Of a stretch of 64,000 bases of DNA, positions 28,671-38,062 are shown one piece after another. Made by a program: the position numbers and the translations under genes. Every line of letters starts with the position of its first letter. Position 1 is the stretch's first letter. The notes beneath the pieces were generated by a model. It saw only the letters and a program-made list of their open reading frames with translations. It had not been told where the DNA came from and searched no databases. This stretch comes from a virus (taxonomy: Duplodnaviria > Caudoviricetes): IMG/VR virus record IMGVR_UViG_3300037312_000330, positions 32,001 to 96,000 of that record; one strand, 5' to 3'.

Positions 28671-29804
28671 TTACTTCTTCGACGCGGTCTTCGCGGACTG
28701 AGTCCGTGTCGTTGCAGTCTTTGTCGCTCCAGCCTTCACAGGCTTCTTGGCGGTGCCCGCAACGAGGGCGGAAGTCGTAGCAGTCAGACGATCGAGAGCA
28801 GCCAAGTTGGTGACTGTACGCTTGAAAGAAGCTTTGGCTGGAGAGACCTTTGCCTTAGCTTGCGCCTTGGTCTTGCTCTCTTCCTTGTCGTCTTTCTTGG
28901 CGAAAGGATTATCGCTATCGTCACCATCTTCGTCGGCTTCGGGCTCGTCGTCACCTTCCTCGTCGCTCGAGGCGGTTTCGTCGTCAGCTTCGTCGCCACC
29001 ATCAAAGGTGTCAGCGTCATCGTCGTCACCGTCGCTGTCTTCGTCAGAAGCAGCAGTAGTGAAGTCACCATCGGACAGATCTTCGAGATCGGAGAAATCG
29101 TCCTCGTCGAGATCCATCAGATCGTCTTGGTCGGTGTCCAGATCAGATTCGCCATCGCCTGGAGACGGGTCACCGTCAATAGCGTCAGCAGTTTCCGAGG
29201 GGCCAGACACGTCCGGACCCGAACGATCGATGTGTTCGGTTTCCGGAGCTTCAGAATCGTCCTTCTGGGTATTGATGTCCAGAGCTGGATCCAGAATACT
29301 GTCGACAGTGGACGCTTCGGTCATCTCATTCAGAGTGTCCATAAAAGCGTCGGTGTCGGGGTTGGCTTTAACCTTCTTCTTGGCCGTTGTCTTGGTTTTG
29401 GAGGCCTTCACAGGCTTTCCGTTGCCCTTGGCTGCAAGTGCAGCCTTGCGCTTCGCATGTATGTCCTGCAGGAACGTTGCCATGCGTTGACCGGCGGTTT
29501 CAGGTTTCTTCACCTTGGTAGCGGTGTTCGCTACCGCAGCCTTCTTGGTTCCTGCTTTCGCAGCAGTCTTCTTGGTTGGCTTGGCAGCCGCAGCAGCAGC
29601 CGCTTCCTTGCGTGCCTTGACTTCAGCCTTGAGGGCAGTCAGTGCATTAGCTTGGAGCTTGTCCAGAGAAGCTACTGTGCGAGCAAAATCCTTCGACTTC
29701 ATCGCCGCGTCGTACATGCGAGCAGCAGTCTTGAATTTGCCCTTTGAAGAAGCTTGAACGGAGGCCAGCAGGAGGTCGAGAGCGATGGAATATTTCATGG
29801 TCAT
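28671..29804 (-). CDS. Lys/Ala-rich and Asp-rich head-module protein
   Basis: 377 aa with bipartite charge; directly downstream of MCP. Confidence 0.75.
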   Translation of the reverse strand: MTMKYSIALDLLLASVQASSKGKFKTAARMYDAAMKSKDFARTVASLDKLQANALTALKAEVKARKEAAAAAAAKPTKKTAAKAGTKKAAVANTATKVKKPETAGQRMATFLQDIHAKRKAALAAKGNGKPVKASKTKTTAKKKVKANPDTDAFMDTLNEMTEASTVDSILDPALDINTQKDDSEAPETEHIDRSGPDVSGPSETADAIDGDPSPGDGESDLDTDQDDLMDLDEDDFSDLEDLSDGDFTTAASDEDSDGDDDDADTFDGGDEADDETASSDEEGDDEPEADEDGDDSDNPFAKKDDKEESKTKAQAKAKVSPAKASFKRTVTNLAALDRLTATTSALVAGTAKKPVKAGATKTATTRTQSAKTASKK

Positions 29805-29835
29805 GGGAGCACTCCTTAGGGTTCCGTGTTGAACG

Positions 29836-29864
29836 AAAAAGTGGGTGACTACGTGTCACCCACT
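29836..29864 (-). terminator. Rho-independent terminator after MCP
   Basis: AGTGGGTGAC-loop-GTCACCCACT followed by TTTT. Confidence 0.8.
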
Positions 29865-29874
29865 AGACCGATCA

Positions 29875-30930
29875 TTACGAACGGATGCCCTTGGCGATCG
29901 AACGGCTGTTCGCGATCACCAGCGAGTACGATTCCCACATCCACCAGCCCTTACCAGCAATCTTCTCGGTAGCTCCGGTCAGGACTTCGGTCTCGATGCC
30001 ACCACGGTCGGTGTATTGACCATGTGTAACCGGATCAGAGATCGCGTAGAACTCGCCTTGGTTCATCACGCGGTGTTCCGGGTGACGATAGGCATCGCTG
30101 GTGATGGACATACCGTACAGGACAGCCAGTTCACCAGTCATGATCAGCTCGTGGCGAGCCACGGGTTCGATCGCTTGGATGAACGTGGAATCACCCACGA
30201 TGTCGATGTACATGTCGCTGGCCATCAGCAGTTGCGGAACCGGCAGGTCCCAACGGCCGACGTTGTTGCGAACTTCCATCAGGGTCAGCGGAGTCAGAGT
30301 ACCGCTGATTACGGTCAGGTCGTTGTCGACGCCAACCAGCGAATCAGCAGCCTTCTTCCACAGGCGGTCTTCCGCCACCATGATGGCTTCCAGCGCTTCC
30401 GCGTACTTCTCGTCGAGCACGTCCGACACAGAAGTGTTGATTTCACGCTGTTCCACGAATGGCTTCGCGTCGATGATCACTTCCGGGGGCATGAACAGCT
30501 TGTCGCGGATGATCTGGTGCTGCGTCAGAGTTGGCGACGTAGCGTATGTAGCCACGACGTCCTTCAGACGCATTTTCACCGTCGGGAATTGACCCGGAAC
30601 CAGATCTTGGCGAGCAAGATACTTACGGCTGAAGCCACGGCGGTTGGCGGTCTGATAAAGATCCTTCGCCATCACTTCGCCGAGTTCCTGGTGCACTTGC
30701 TTGCTATTAAACATAGCACGCACCAGCTCACGGTTACGCTGAGCACGCTCCATGCGAGCGGCAGTCGTCACTTCTCCATTGGCGGTAGCTGCCAGGAGCT
30801 TAAGCTGCTGCTGGAATGCATCGCGTTTGGAACTGGCGTTGATTTCACCGTTGCTGCCGACGAGGCGCTCGGACGAACCGGGAGCCTTGTAGTCAGAAGC
30901 AAGAACGGGGGTCTTGGCCTTGGTCGTCAT
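29875..30930 (-). CDS. Major capsid protein (HK97-like)
   Basis: 351 aa; strong RBS and codon bias; GSNGEINASSKRD motif recalled from Y3/RSL1-like jumbo phage MCPs. Confidence 0.8.
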   Translation of the reverse strand: MTTKAKTPVLASDYKAPGSSERLVGSNGEINASSKRDAFQQQLKLLAATANGEVTTAARMERAQRNRELVRAMFNSKQVHQELGEVMAKDLYQTANRRGFSRKYLARQDLVPGQFPTVKMRLKDVVATYATSPTLTQHQIIRDKLFMPPEVIIDAKPFVEQREINTSVSDVLDEKYAEALEAIMVAEDRLWKKAADSLVGVDNDLTVISGTLTPLTLMEVRNNVGRWDLPVPQLLMASDMYIDIVGDSTFIQAIEPVARHELIMTGELAVLYGMSITSDAYRHPEHRVMNQGEFYAISDPVTHGQYTDRGGIETEVLTGATEKIAGKGWWMWESYSLVIANSRSIAKGIRS

Positions 30931-30967
30931 TGATTACTCCTGTGAGATGTTATGGGCTAGCTTCTGA

Positions 30968-31636
30968 TTACAGGAGCAGGAGGCCCAGATAGGGATTGGT
31001 GGTATTCGGCGCGCTCACAATCGTGCAAGCGACGGTGGCACCGGAACCGCCTTGGGTCAGTTGACCGTTGGCGCCGGTTTTCACCGCGTTGGCCGATGTC
31101 GTCCAATCCTTGGTCGAATCGTATTCCGTGGTGTACACGACACCCTTCTGGAACACGCCGACTTGACCGATGGAAGTACCAGCAGCACCACCTGGATACA
31201 CGTCGCCCATAATGGCGCGAGCTTCAACAGCAGTCGGGTTGTACTTGTAGATGAAGCGGATCGTGTTGCCTTGATAGGCAGCGTTCATCGTCACGGTAGA
31301 ACCGGAGATGGTGTAATCCGTGGTCACCACCAGAACAGCGCTCGTGGTCACGTTGTAGACCAGAAGAGTGCTAGCGTTGGGAGTACGCGACAGGCTGATT
31401 ACGTTGCTCGAAGGTTGCACGAATTCTTGCACCTTCGGGAAGCTGGACAGCGCGATTTGCTGGCTGACAGCGAGACCCAGGAAATTCTCGCCAGACGAGC
31501 CGGCGGACGGGCCAACACCGAAGACACCACCAGAGGTGGAACCAACGAGAGCTTGACCTTCAGCCGCGATCGTAGCGCTCGCCAGGATCGGCAGCTCGGT
31601 AGAGAGGGCTGGACGGCCGTTGGGGAAGTAAAGCAT
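30968..31636 (-). CDS. Capsid decoration/stabilising protein
   Basis: 222 aa, G/S/T-rich, immediately upstream of MCP. Confidence 0.6.
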   Translation of the reverse strand: MLYFPNGRPALSTELPILASATIAAEGQALVGSTSGGVFGVGPSAGSSGENFLGLAVSQQIALSSFPKVQEFVQPSSNVISLSRTPNASTLLVYNVTTSAVLVVTTDYTISGSTVTMNAAYQGNTIRFIYKYNPTAVEARAIMGDVYPGGAAGTSIGQVGVFQKGVVYTTEYDSTKDWTTSANAVKTGANGQLTQGGSGATVACTIVSAPNTTNPYLGLLLL

Positions 31637-31648
31637 GAATGCTCCTTA

Positions 31649-33226
31649 TTACGAAGAGAAGGTTTTGTCACCCAGCAGACGAGCCAGTTCCGGTGTCTTA
31701 TAGTGGGTGGCGGTCACTTGGTTATCATCAGACTGGACGTGCTGAACGGCGGTAGCGACAGTCGCCACTACTTCGTTGTCATCATCTTCGTCATCTTCAC
31801 CCGCGTCGTCCATGTCTTCTGTCGCTGCTTCTGCCTTCTTGAAAGGCAGATACTTCGTCAGATTCACGGCCTCGGCGAGACCATTGCGCGCCTCAACGGG
31901 CTTCGCAGCCAGCTCACGTGCGATGGTAAGCACCTCACGCGCGTCGGCGACTCCATGTGCGGCAAACACACGGTCAACGAGCTTTTCGGCGCTACCGGAC
32001 TTGAGTCCAGCAGCAACGAGTTCGCTAACCAGAGCGGCCTTCACAGGACTTGTACGGTTGCGCCAGAAGTTCTGGGCCCAACCGGCAACCGCGATGTCCA
32101 TAGCTTGGCCGAAATCTTTCGCCATGCTATCCAGACCAGCGGTCACTTGATTCGATTTCTCCGCCACACCGGCTTCGACGAGCTTCGCAATTTCCGGAGC
32201 CAGACGCACCTTGACGGTCGCAGCTTGAAAATTGTAGGCACGCATCGCTTCCTTCAGGCCAAGCGTCTCGATCGAGTGCTTAACAGCCAGTTGGAAGTGT
32301 TTCTGATGCATCAGCTCGGCGTTATCACCAGCGAGTTCAGGAGTAAGCGTGGCAACAATACGATTGCCAACCGCGATGTTCATCGCACTGCCCAGATAGA
32401 CGAAAGCAATTGCGGGCGCTGTGGGTTCCGTGGCCATCTTGGCGTCAGGACCATCACGCTCGGTTTCGACATCCGACAGATCGACCTCGATATCGAGGCC
32501 ACCGTCCTGGGTCTTCTGTTCGACGGTGTTCTTTCGGCTTTGGGCCTGCGGATCTGGATCCGGATTATTGTCACCAGCCATGCCCTGATCTTCCAGAGCC
32601 GGAGTGCCGTTCGGGTCGTCCCCGCCAGCAGCCGTTGTCTTGGTGGCAGCCGTATCCATATCATCGTCGTCGAACAGCTCGTCACCCGAGTCATCTTCGA
32701 CTACATCGTCGTCATCGTCGTCGATGTCCACAAGATCCATGTCATCCACATCGGTAATGGGATCCATGTCGTTATCGGGCATCTCGTCGGCGTCTGCCTT
32801 CTCGGTAGAGGCTTCGGCCTTCAGCTTGTAGTTCATTTCATGACCACAAGCTGTGCAGTTGAGCTGGGATACAGCAGACAGCACGGCACCAGCGGTGATG
32901 TTGTGAGTGGCACAAGAACCGCAAGTAACGAGCGCAAGTTTGTCGTCTGCTGGGAGGTCGAGTTTGGTGCTCGCTTCAGCCTTCGCCTGAGTCTTCGAGC
33001 TACCGCAGGACATGCAGTGATATTGCAGTCCAGCGGCCGCTACGGCCTGGAACTCGTGACCGCAGTCCGTGCAAGCATGTTGAGTGTACTTGAACTTGGA
33101 CAGGACGGCGCTCGTGTTCGGGGCATCGATCAGGTTAGGATCACGAGTAGCAAACACGAACATTCCACCAGCGGTCTTGGCTGTTTCAGCGATTTTCGCA
33201 GCCTTCTTCGAGGGGGTTTTATTCAT
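31649..33226 (-). CDS. Scaffold / prohead core-like protein with four CxxC motifs
   Basis: CTDC, CMSC, CGSC, CTAC; acidic linker; helical C-terminus. Confidence 0.55.
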   Translation of the reverse strand: MNKTPSKKAAKIAETAKTAGGMFVFATRDPNLIDAPNTSAVLSKFKYTQHACTDCGHEFQAVAAAGLQYHCMSCGSSKTQAKAEASTKLDLPADDKLALVTCGSCATHNITAGAVLSAVSQLNCTACGHEMNYKLKAEASTEKADADEMPDNDMDPITDVDDMDLVDIDDDDDDVVEDDSGDELFDDDDMDTAATKTTAAGGDDPNGTPALEDQGMAGDNNPDPDPQAQSRKNTVEQKTQDGGLDIEVDLSDVETERDGPDAKMATEPTAPAIAFVYLGSAMNIAVGNRIVATLTPELAGDNAELMHQKHFQLAVKHSIETLGLKEAMRAYNFQAATVKVRLAPEIAKLVEAGVAEKSNQVTAGLDSMAKDFGQAMDIAVAGWAQNFWRNRTSPVKAALVSELVAAGLKSGSAEKLVDRVFAAHGVADAREVLTIARELAAKPVEARNGLAEAVNLTKYLPFKKAEAATEDMDDAGEDDEDDDNEVVATVATAVQHVQSDDNQVTATHYKTPELARLLGDKTFSS

Positions 33227-33356
33227 GCACGCTCCTTAAGGAAATCAGGCAAGCATGGTTGCTACCCGACACACTCAAAGTAGCATCTTCAGGAATGGGT
33301 CCAAAACGTCATCCGGACAGTTTGGATGTTGTAGGGATTTTGTGGAAATCAGTTAA

Positions 33357-33364
33357 TGTAAATA
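33357..33364 (+). promoter_or_regulatory. TGTAAATA candidate phage promoter
   Basis: Recurs at 36668, 46573, 48236 and 50587, upstream of + strand units; resembles T4 late TATAAATA. Confidence 0.45.
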
Positions 33365-33415
33365 ATAGGGTGCGCGGGAAATTAATCCAAGTGCATCGAA
33401 TCCACAGAGGATATT

Positions 33416-34402
33416 ATGGAACAACAAAAGACTGATATCGCAGCGGCGTCCGAGATGGTGTCGAATCCAGATTTCGAACAATCCACAAAGGAGTGGAAAT
33501 CTGGAGACATCATCAAGGGATGGAATGGCGACCCGCAAACATTGAATCCGGAAATCGCAACAGCTCTGGAAGAACTTCAGTTCCAAATCCACATGGAGAA
33601 AGTAGCACGCAGTCGTAAGGAACACGTTGACTTCGTCAAGCGATACATGGGTGCCGAATACGAACCAAAGTTTGTTGATGTGCGGTCCGACAAGACATAC
33701 TACGCAGTGTTCTATCGGAACAAGAAAACGGCGCACGTTGCGGTCCCTCCGATTAACATGCGTGGTCAGGTCGAACACTTGACTGCTGGTCGCATTTACG
33801 AGTGTTCTGGATACGATGTGAGAATGCTGGAACGTGTGCTGGCCTCGAAGAAGATCGAGGTGCTGAATGTGACTCCGGCGACCGACAAATACCAAATCGA
33901 GTTTGTGGAAATCATCAACAAGTGGCTGAAGCCGTGGTTGCCCGGTGAAGTAGATCGTACTCCGAAACAGCGAACGAATGCTTTTGCCAAATATCGCGGC
34001 ACGGAAGATATCCCACCAGTGAAGGAGGAACGTGAAGACGGTCAGTGGGTGAATGAAGATCTCGTGGTGCACGGAACGGAGACAGGACGAGTTTCTTCGA
34101 CTGAAGAAACACCGTCAAACCGTCCAACGCTTGGTGAGGCCCAGCCAGAGCTGGTTGATAAGATGTGGGAACCGATCTACACAAAGGAAGATGCTGAGTT
34201 CCAGAAGTTCGTGCAGTCGAACATGGAACAGATCAACGAAACATTGACAATCCAAGCAGTGTCGATGGATGGTGTAGAGGTAACTGAGTTGGAAGTTGAA
34301 GACGTGGAATTCAAAATGGCGGATAACGATCCGGTGAACGACACGCCTGACGATGGAACCGAGCCAAACAGTGACTACACCGATCAGGTGGACAAGGAGT
34401 AA
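33416..34402 (+). CDS. Hypothetical protein, acidic C-terminus
   Basis: 328 aa; first gene of divergent block; RBS GAGGA. Confidence 0.8.
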   Translation: MEQQKTDIAAASEMVSNPDFEQSTKEWKSGDIIKGWNGDPQTLNPEIATALEELQFQIHMEKVARSRKEHVDFVKRYMGAEYEPKFVDVRSDKTYYAVFYRNKKTAHVAVPPINMRGQVEHLTAGRIYECSGYDVRMLERVLASKKIEVLNVTPATDKYQIEFVEIINKWLKPWLPGEVDRTPKQRTNAFAKYRGTEDIPPVKEEREDGQWVNEDLVVHGTETGRVSSTEETPSNRPTLGEAQPELVDKMWEPIYTKEDAEFQKFVQSNMEQINETLTIQAVSMDGVEVTELEVEDVEFKMADNDPVNDTPDDGTEPNSDYTDQVDKE

Positions 34403-34404
34403 TC

Positions 34405-34617
34405 ATGATGTTTCGAACAGTTTATCGCCTGTATGTGATGCACAAAAATGGTGCCTTGTTTCTGTATGAACAAGCACCAAACTTTCCAGACAGAGAGAAG
34501 GCAGAAGAAATGGGGAAGCGAATGAACGAAGCGCGTCGCGCAGGAAAAGCCACAGACAACGATGACGTGATTGTGCTTCCTCACGTGCTGGCTGCTGGAC
34601 TGAGGGTGGGTCAATGA
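34405..34617 (+). CDS. Hypothetical protein
   Basis: 70 aa, RBS. Confidence 0.6.
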   Translation: MMFRTVYRLYVMHKNGALFLYEQAPNFPDREKAEEMGKRMNEARRAGKATDNDDVIVLPHVLAAGLRVGQ

Positions 34618-34919
34618 TAGTAGCGGCCGCGATCAAGTTCGCTGGTCGCGAGGGTCACGAACTAATCTGCTTCGTGCCGCGACCTGGAAGACATCACGAT
34701 GTGTTGCATTCGATGTGGCATCAGTTTGCTGATGGTAAATCGGACAGGACTCACGAAAGCTATGCGAAGGAAGTTCAGGGATTCTTGACAGATGACGGCA
34801 GATTTCTGAACAGACGAGAGGCTTTCATTCATGTCAAAGAATGCGGTCAACGGATGATTCGATCGACTGATCCCAAGCACTATCAAGGTGATGAGCTTTA
34901 CTCGGAGGACTTGTGGTGA
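34614..34919 (+). CDS. Conserved phage hypothetical protein
   Basis: IVAAAIK...QGFLTDDGRFLNRREA...LYSEDLW. Confidence 0.75.
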   Translation: MIVAAAIKFAGREGHELICFVPRPGRHHDVLHSMWHQFADGKSDRTHESYAKEVQGFLTDDGRFLNRREAFIHVKECGQRMIRSTDPKHYQGDELYSEDLW

Positions 34920-35110
34920 AGTGGAAACTGCCAACAGGATTTCCGAGCACTGACAAGATGATTGCTGCGATTCTTATGGCGATCGTGATGCGTGTCCTGT
35001 TGGTGGGAACTGGATGGGGACGTATTGCGTCCTTTATCGGTGTAGGATTGATATGGGCCTTCTGGCCTGAAGAGGGTCGGGACAGTAAGCCGCCCGATGA
35101 CTTTGTTTAA
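34913..35110 (+). CDS. Small membrane protein
   Basis: Two hydrophobic segments. Confidence 0.5.
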   Translation: MVKWKLPTGFPSTDKMIAAILMAIVMRVLLVGTGWGRIASFIGVGLIWAFWPEEGRDSKPPDDFV

Positions 35111-35124
35111 CCAAGGAGAATGAA

Positions 35125-35706
35125 ATGAAGAAGCTTCTTATCGCGGTTGCACTGGCGATCACTTCGTTGGCAGCATCTGCACAAGCAACGACGGTAAACG
35201 ATGCTAGGTATCTGGATCTGTCCAAGTTGACTGACCAGCAGAAGGCCGATCTGATGGCCAAGGCGGCTGAGATGCAGAATCAGCAGGCATCAGGTATTTC
35301 GGAACAAGCCCGAAATGAGATAAGCAAGTGGAGTGAACTCGGTGTTGGAATGGGTCATGCTGCTGTCGCTGCTGCAAAGGAAGTGGGAATGGCCGCAAAC
35401 GAGTTCGTCTCAACTCCGCTGGGAAAGGTGACGATGGGCGTCGTGGTCTACAAGGTGATCGGCAAAGATGTTCTTAAACTGGCCGTTGGACTAAGCATCA
35501 TGGTGTTCATGTTCACAGTTGCTGTCGTGATGCTGTTCCGCAAGAAAGGAGATGTTACCTACGAGAACATCCCAGTAATGAACGGATGGTGGGTGAAGCG
35601 ACGCGTGAAGAACTACAGTCCTGATAGTGATGTGATGATCGAGCACTTCATGGTGGCAGCAATCGCTACTATCATCGGTTTGATCGCCATTTGCAACTCA
35701 TTCTGA
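35125..35706 (+). CDS. Exported/membrane protein
   Basis: Signal peptide MKKLLIAVALAITSLAASAQA plus two TM segments. Confidence 0.75.
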   Translation: MKKLLIAVALAITSLAASAQATTVNDARYLDLSKLTDQQKADLMAKAAEMQNQQASGISEQARNEISKWSELGVGMGHAAVAAAKEVGMAANEFVSTPLGKVTMGVVVYKVIGKDVLKLAVGLSIMVFMFTVAVVMLFRKKGDVTYENIPVMNGWWVKRRVKNYSPDSDVMIEHFMVAAIATIIGLIAICNSF

Positions 35707-35730
35707 TGCCGTAAACTAAAGGAGTCACGT

Positions 35731-36219
35731 ATGACATACGAATGCCACAAACTGGACACGCAGAAGCAAGTGTTCTTCTACGAACAGGAATTCTATGTGC
35801 TGAGCAACTTTAGCTCGTTCAAAGTGTTCCACAAGGGGTGGATGTTTCAGACAAGCGAACACGCCTATCATTGGGAGAAGTTCGTTGAGAATCCACAAAT
35901 CCAACATCGCATCTGGGGTGCGCCGTCTGCACACGAAGCGTTCCAGATCGCGCAGCAAGAACGAACCAAACGTCGTCCGGATTGGGATCTAGTGAAATAC
36001 AGTATCATGAAGGACATCCTTGTTTCCAAATGCCTCCAGCATTCCTATGTGCGGAAGAAGCTCCTGGAGACAGGCGATCGCGAACTGATCGAGGATAGCT
36101 GGCGAGACGATGTTTGGGGATGGGGTCCGAACAAGGATGGTCAGAACCTCTTGGGGAAGCTGTGGATGGAGATCCGCGAGCAACTAAAGTCAACAGGCAA
36201 TCTCACGGTGGCGATCTAA
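35731..36219 (+). CDS. NADAR (YbiA/DUF1768) family protein
   Basis: LSNFS; SEHAYHWEKF; LLETGDRELIEDS..D..WG.G...GQNLLGKLWMEIR. Confidence 0.92.
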   Translation: MTYECHKLDTQKQVFFYEQEFYVLSNFSSFKVFHKGWMFQTSEHAYHWEKFVENPQIQHRIWGAPSAHEAFQIAQQERTKRRPDWDLVKYSIMKDILVSKCLQHSYVRKKLLETGDRELIEDSWRDDVWGWGPNKDGQNLLGKLWMEIREQLKSTGNLTVAI

Positions 36220-36223
36220 GGAG

Positions 36224-36448
36224 ATGAAAATGTCAGGAACGCTTTGGTTTATCTTGGGAGCTTGTGTGGTAGGGACGGCGGTGATCAGTCTGTACGGCAT
36301 GTACAAGAACTCCGAGGCGTTCCTGCGAGGATACAAGGACTATTTGGCATCAAACTACACGAATCCGTACACGGAGGGAACGCAGGAGCATGTGGACTGG
36401 ATCGAGGGTCAGTGTGCTGCGTTTACGGAAGCGAGCCCCTGGAGGTGA
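36224..36448 (+). CDS. Small membrane-anchored protein
   Basis: N-terminal TM segment. Confidence 0.55.
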   Translation: MKMSGTLWFILGACVVGTAVISLYGMYKNSEAFLRGYKDYLASNYTNPYTEGTQEHVDWIEGQCAAFTEASPWR

Positions 36449-36515
36449 ACGCGAATTGGGGGACCAATACTGTAGAGTATGGTGTATAGGGTCGTATAGT
36501 ATGGTGTATGTAGGG

Positions 36516-36727
36516 TCACCTTATCATACATATAGGGAGCAGTAGTGTGTGGGAGAAGGGGGAGGGTCGTATGTTGAACAGGTGGGTTGAACGGGTGATA
36601 GGTGCTGAAAGTACATAGTACAACTAAGCACTTTTCACCTTATCAACATATAAGGTGAAATGGAAACTGTAAATAGTGCGTAGTTAGGCTAAGTAAGCAC
36701 TTTTCACCTTATCAACATATAAGGTGA
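36516..36727. repeat. Two identical 34-bp direct repeats with internal palindrome, plus one degenerate copy
   Basis: TAAGCACTTTTCACCTTATCAACATATAAGGTGA at 36625-36658 and 36694-36727; TCACCTTAT-N6-ATAAGGTGA; partial copy at 36516-36538. Confidence 0.95.
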
Positions 36728-36754
36728 CAGCAGGAGCAGCAGTAGGACAACAAC

Positions 36755-38062
36755 ATGGGCGATACGAAAAACGACATCAAGCTAATAGACAGGTCCAGGG
36801 TATTCGTAGACGGAGGACGGTTCGGAACCAAGCTCTTCAAGAGAGGAGACGCGAGTGTCAAGATAGCAGAAAAAGATGCTAGGCAGGTACGCAAGGTAAT
36901 GCGGGCAGCCCTAGGGAACACGAGAGACGTAGAATCCAAAGAGCTACGGGTCAAGGTGATCGCCAAAGCTCCAATGTGGCTCGTACTGCGGCAAGACAGC
37001 AGGAACAAGAAGAACTGGTATCTGAACGTAGACGGGAATCCGGCCAAGTACATCCTTGGGGACAACATCTACGGTCTAGCGAATGCAGAGAAACAGATCA
37101 AATACATCTTCAGGCGCTGCATCAAAAGCGTTCAGAAGGTAGCTGGAATGGAGATGCCGTCCAGTGTGCTGCAAGACGTGGAAGACGGGAACATCTACCT
37201 GAACTCGCTAGAGTTTGCCTGCTACAGCAATCCGTTGAGAGTCGATCCAAAGAAGATCACAGGGGCGTGGCGATATATGTTCCGGCGGGGGCACATCGTT
37301 GGCGAGGACGGTAAGACACACACGCTGGAAGAGATACTTGGCGTCAAGACAAGGACCGAGTACGAGAACAGCTTCTACTGCTGGTTGCTTGCTCCAAAAC
37401 CACGGCCGAAAGCAGAAGAAGGGGAGACAGCGAGGAAGTATCCGGATGTGAAACACATAATGTTCCTTGCCTACGACAAGATCGAAGAATTGCAGTCAGG
37501 ATGGAAAGACAAGAGCAAAAACGCCATTGGTGAAGACGGTGAGGACTACATCACCGATGACAAGCACATAAAGAACGTTGCGCGCATCCAGAAGGATGAA
37601 GCACTGAACGACATCCAGAACCGAATCCGATACGACATCGGATTCACGAACGCTTGGTTCGTGCACAAGGGGCTGACCACTCTTGCCAAACTGGCGAAGC
37701 ATGTGCACAAAGAGTTCGACGGCAAGTGGCCTCTGTTCGTGCAGCACTACGTCCACATGATCTTCGAGCGTGCGTGCCTTGGCGAGATGTGGACCTTCGA
37801 TTGGCGAGAAGTGCGGGACGCGAAGCGAGCGGGGTTGAACAGAGTTCCTGGCTTGAATCCGCAGGTGCCAACGGCCGCCTACATGGTGATGGCTGAGGCG
37901 CGTGTGGAACGGACGAAGCTCACGATGGATGGCATCGACGACAAGCTAAGCGGCAATCCACGGTACTGGCAGGAGATCGCCAAGGCTGCTCCTCTGCTGT
38001 CGTCAGAAGAAGCCGAATCGCTCGGCATTGACATCAGTCGTACACGAGAGATTTCAGGATGA
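36755..38062 (+). CDS. Rolling-circle replication initiator, Ff gpII/X (Phage_CRI/Rep_trans)-like
   Basis: Collinear motifs vs f1 gpII: LIDRS, VDGNPAKYILGDNIYG, NSLEFA, FLAYDK (Tyr240), IRYDIG. Confidence 0.7.
   Translation: MGDTKNDIKLIDRSRVFVDGGRFGTKLFKRGDASVKIAEKDARQVRKVMRAALGNTRDVESKELRVKVIAKAPMWLVLRQDSRNKKNWYLNVDGNPAKYILGDNIYGLANAEKQIKYIFRRCIKSVQKVAGMEMPSSVLQDVEDGNIYLNSLEFACYSNPLRVDPKKITGAWRYMFRRGHIVGEDGKTHTLEEILGVKTRTEYENSFYCWLLAPKPRPKAEEGETARKYPDVKHIMFLAYDKIEELQSGWKDKSKNAIGEDGEDYITDDKHIKNVARIQKDEALNDIQNRIRYDIGFTNAWFVHKGLTTLAKLAKHVHKEFDGKWPLFVQHYVHMIFERACLGEMWTFDWREVRDAKRAGLNRVPGLNPQVPTAAYMVMAEARVERTKLTMDGIDDKLSGNPRYWQEIAKAAPLLSSEEAESLGIDISRTREISG

Noticed and set aside
28900-29200. Asp/Glu-rich low-complexity tract as a DNA repeat
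   Set aside because: Explained by acidic protein composition.
26134-33283. Long + strand ORFs (26134-27066, 28608-29747, 29845-30933, 31052-33283)
   Set aside because: Antisense shadows of strongly codon-biased structural genes; no RBS and no recognisable motifs.
33353-34072. 239-aa minus-strand ORF and similar reverse ORFs across 33-63 kb
   Set aside because: Shadow of better-supported + strand genes.
36625-36727. Repeats as a CRISPR mini-array
   Set aside because: Only two exact repeats with one 35-bp gap, no cas genes in the window, and the location fits an origin or operator better. Not formally excluded.
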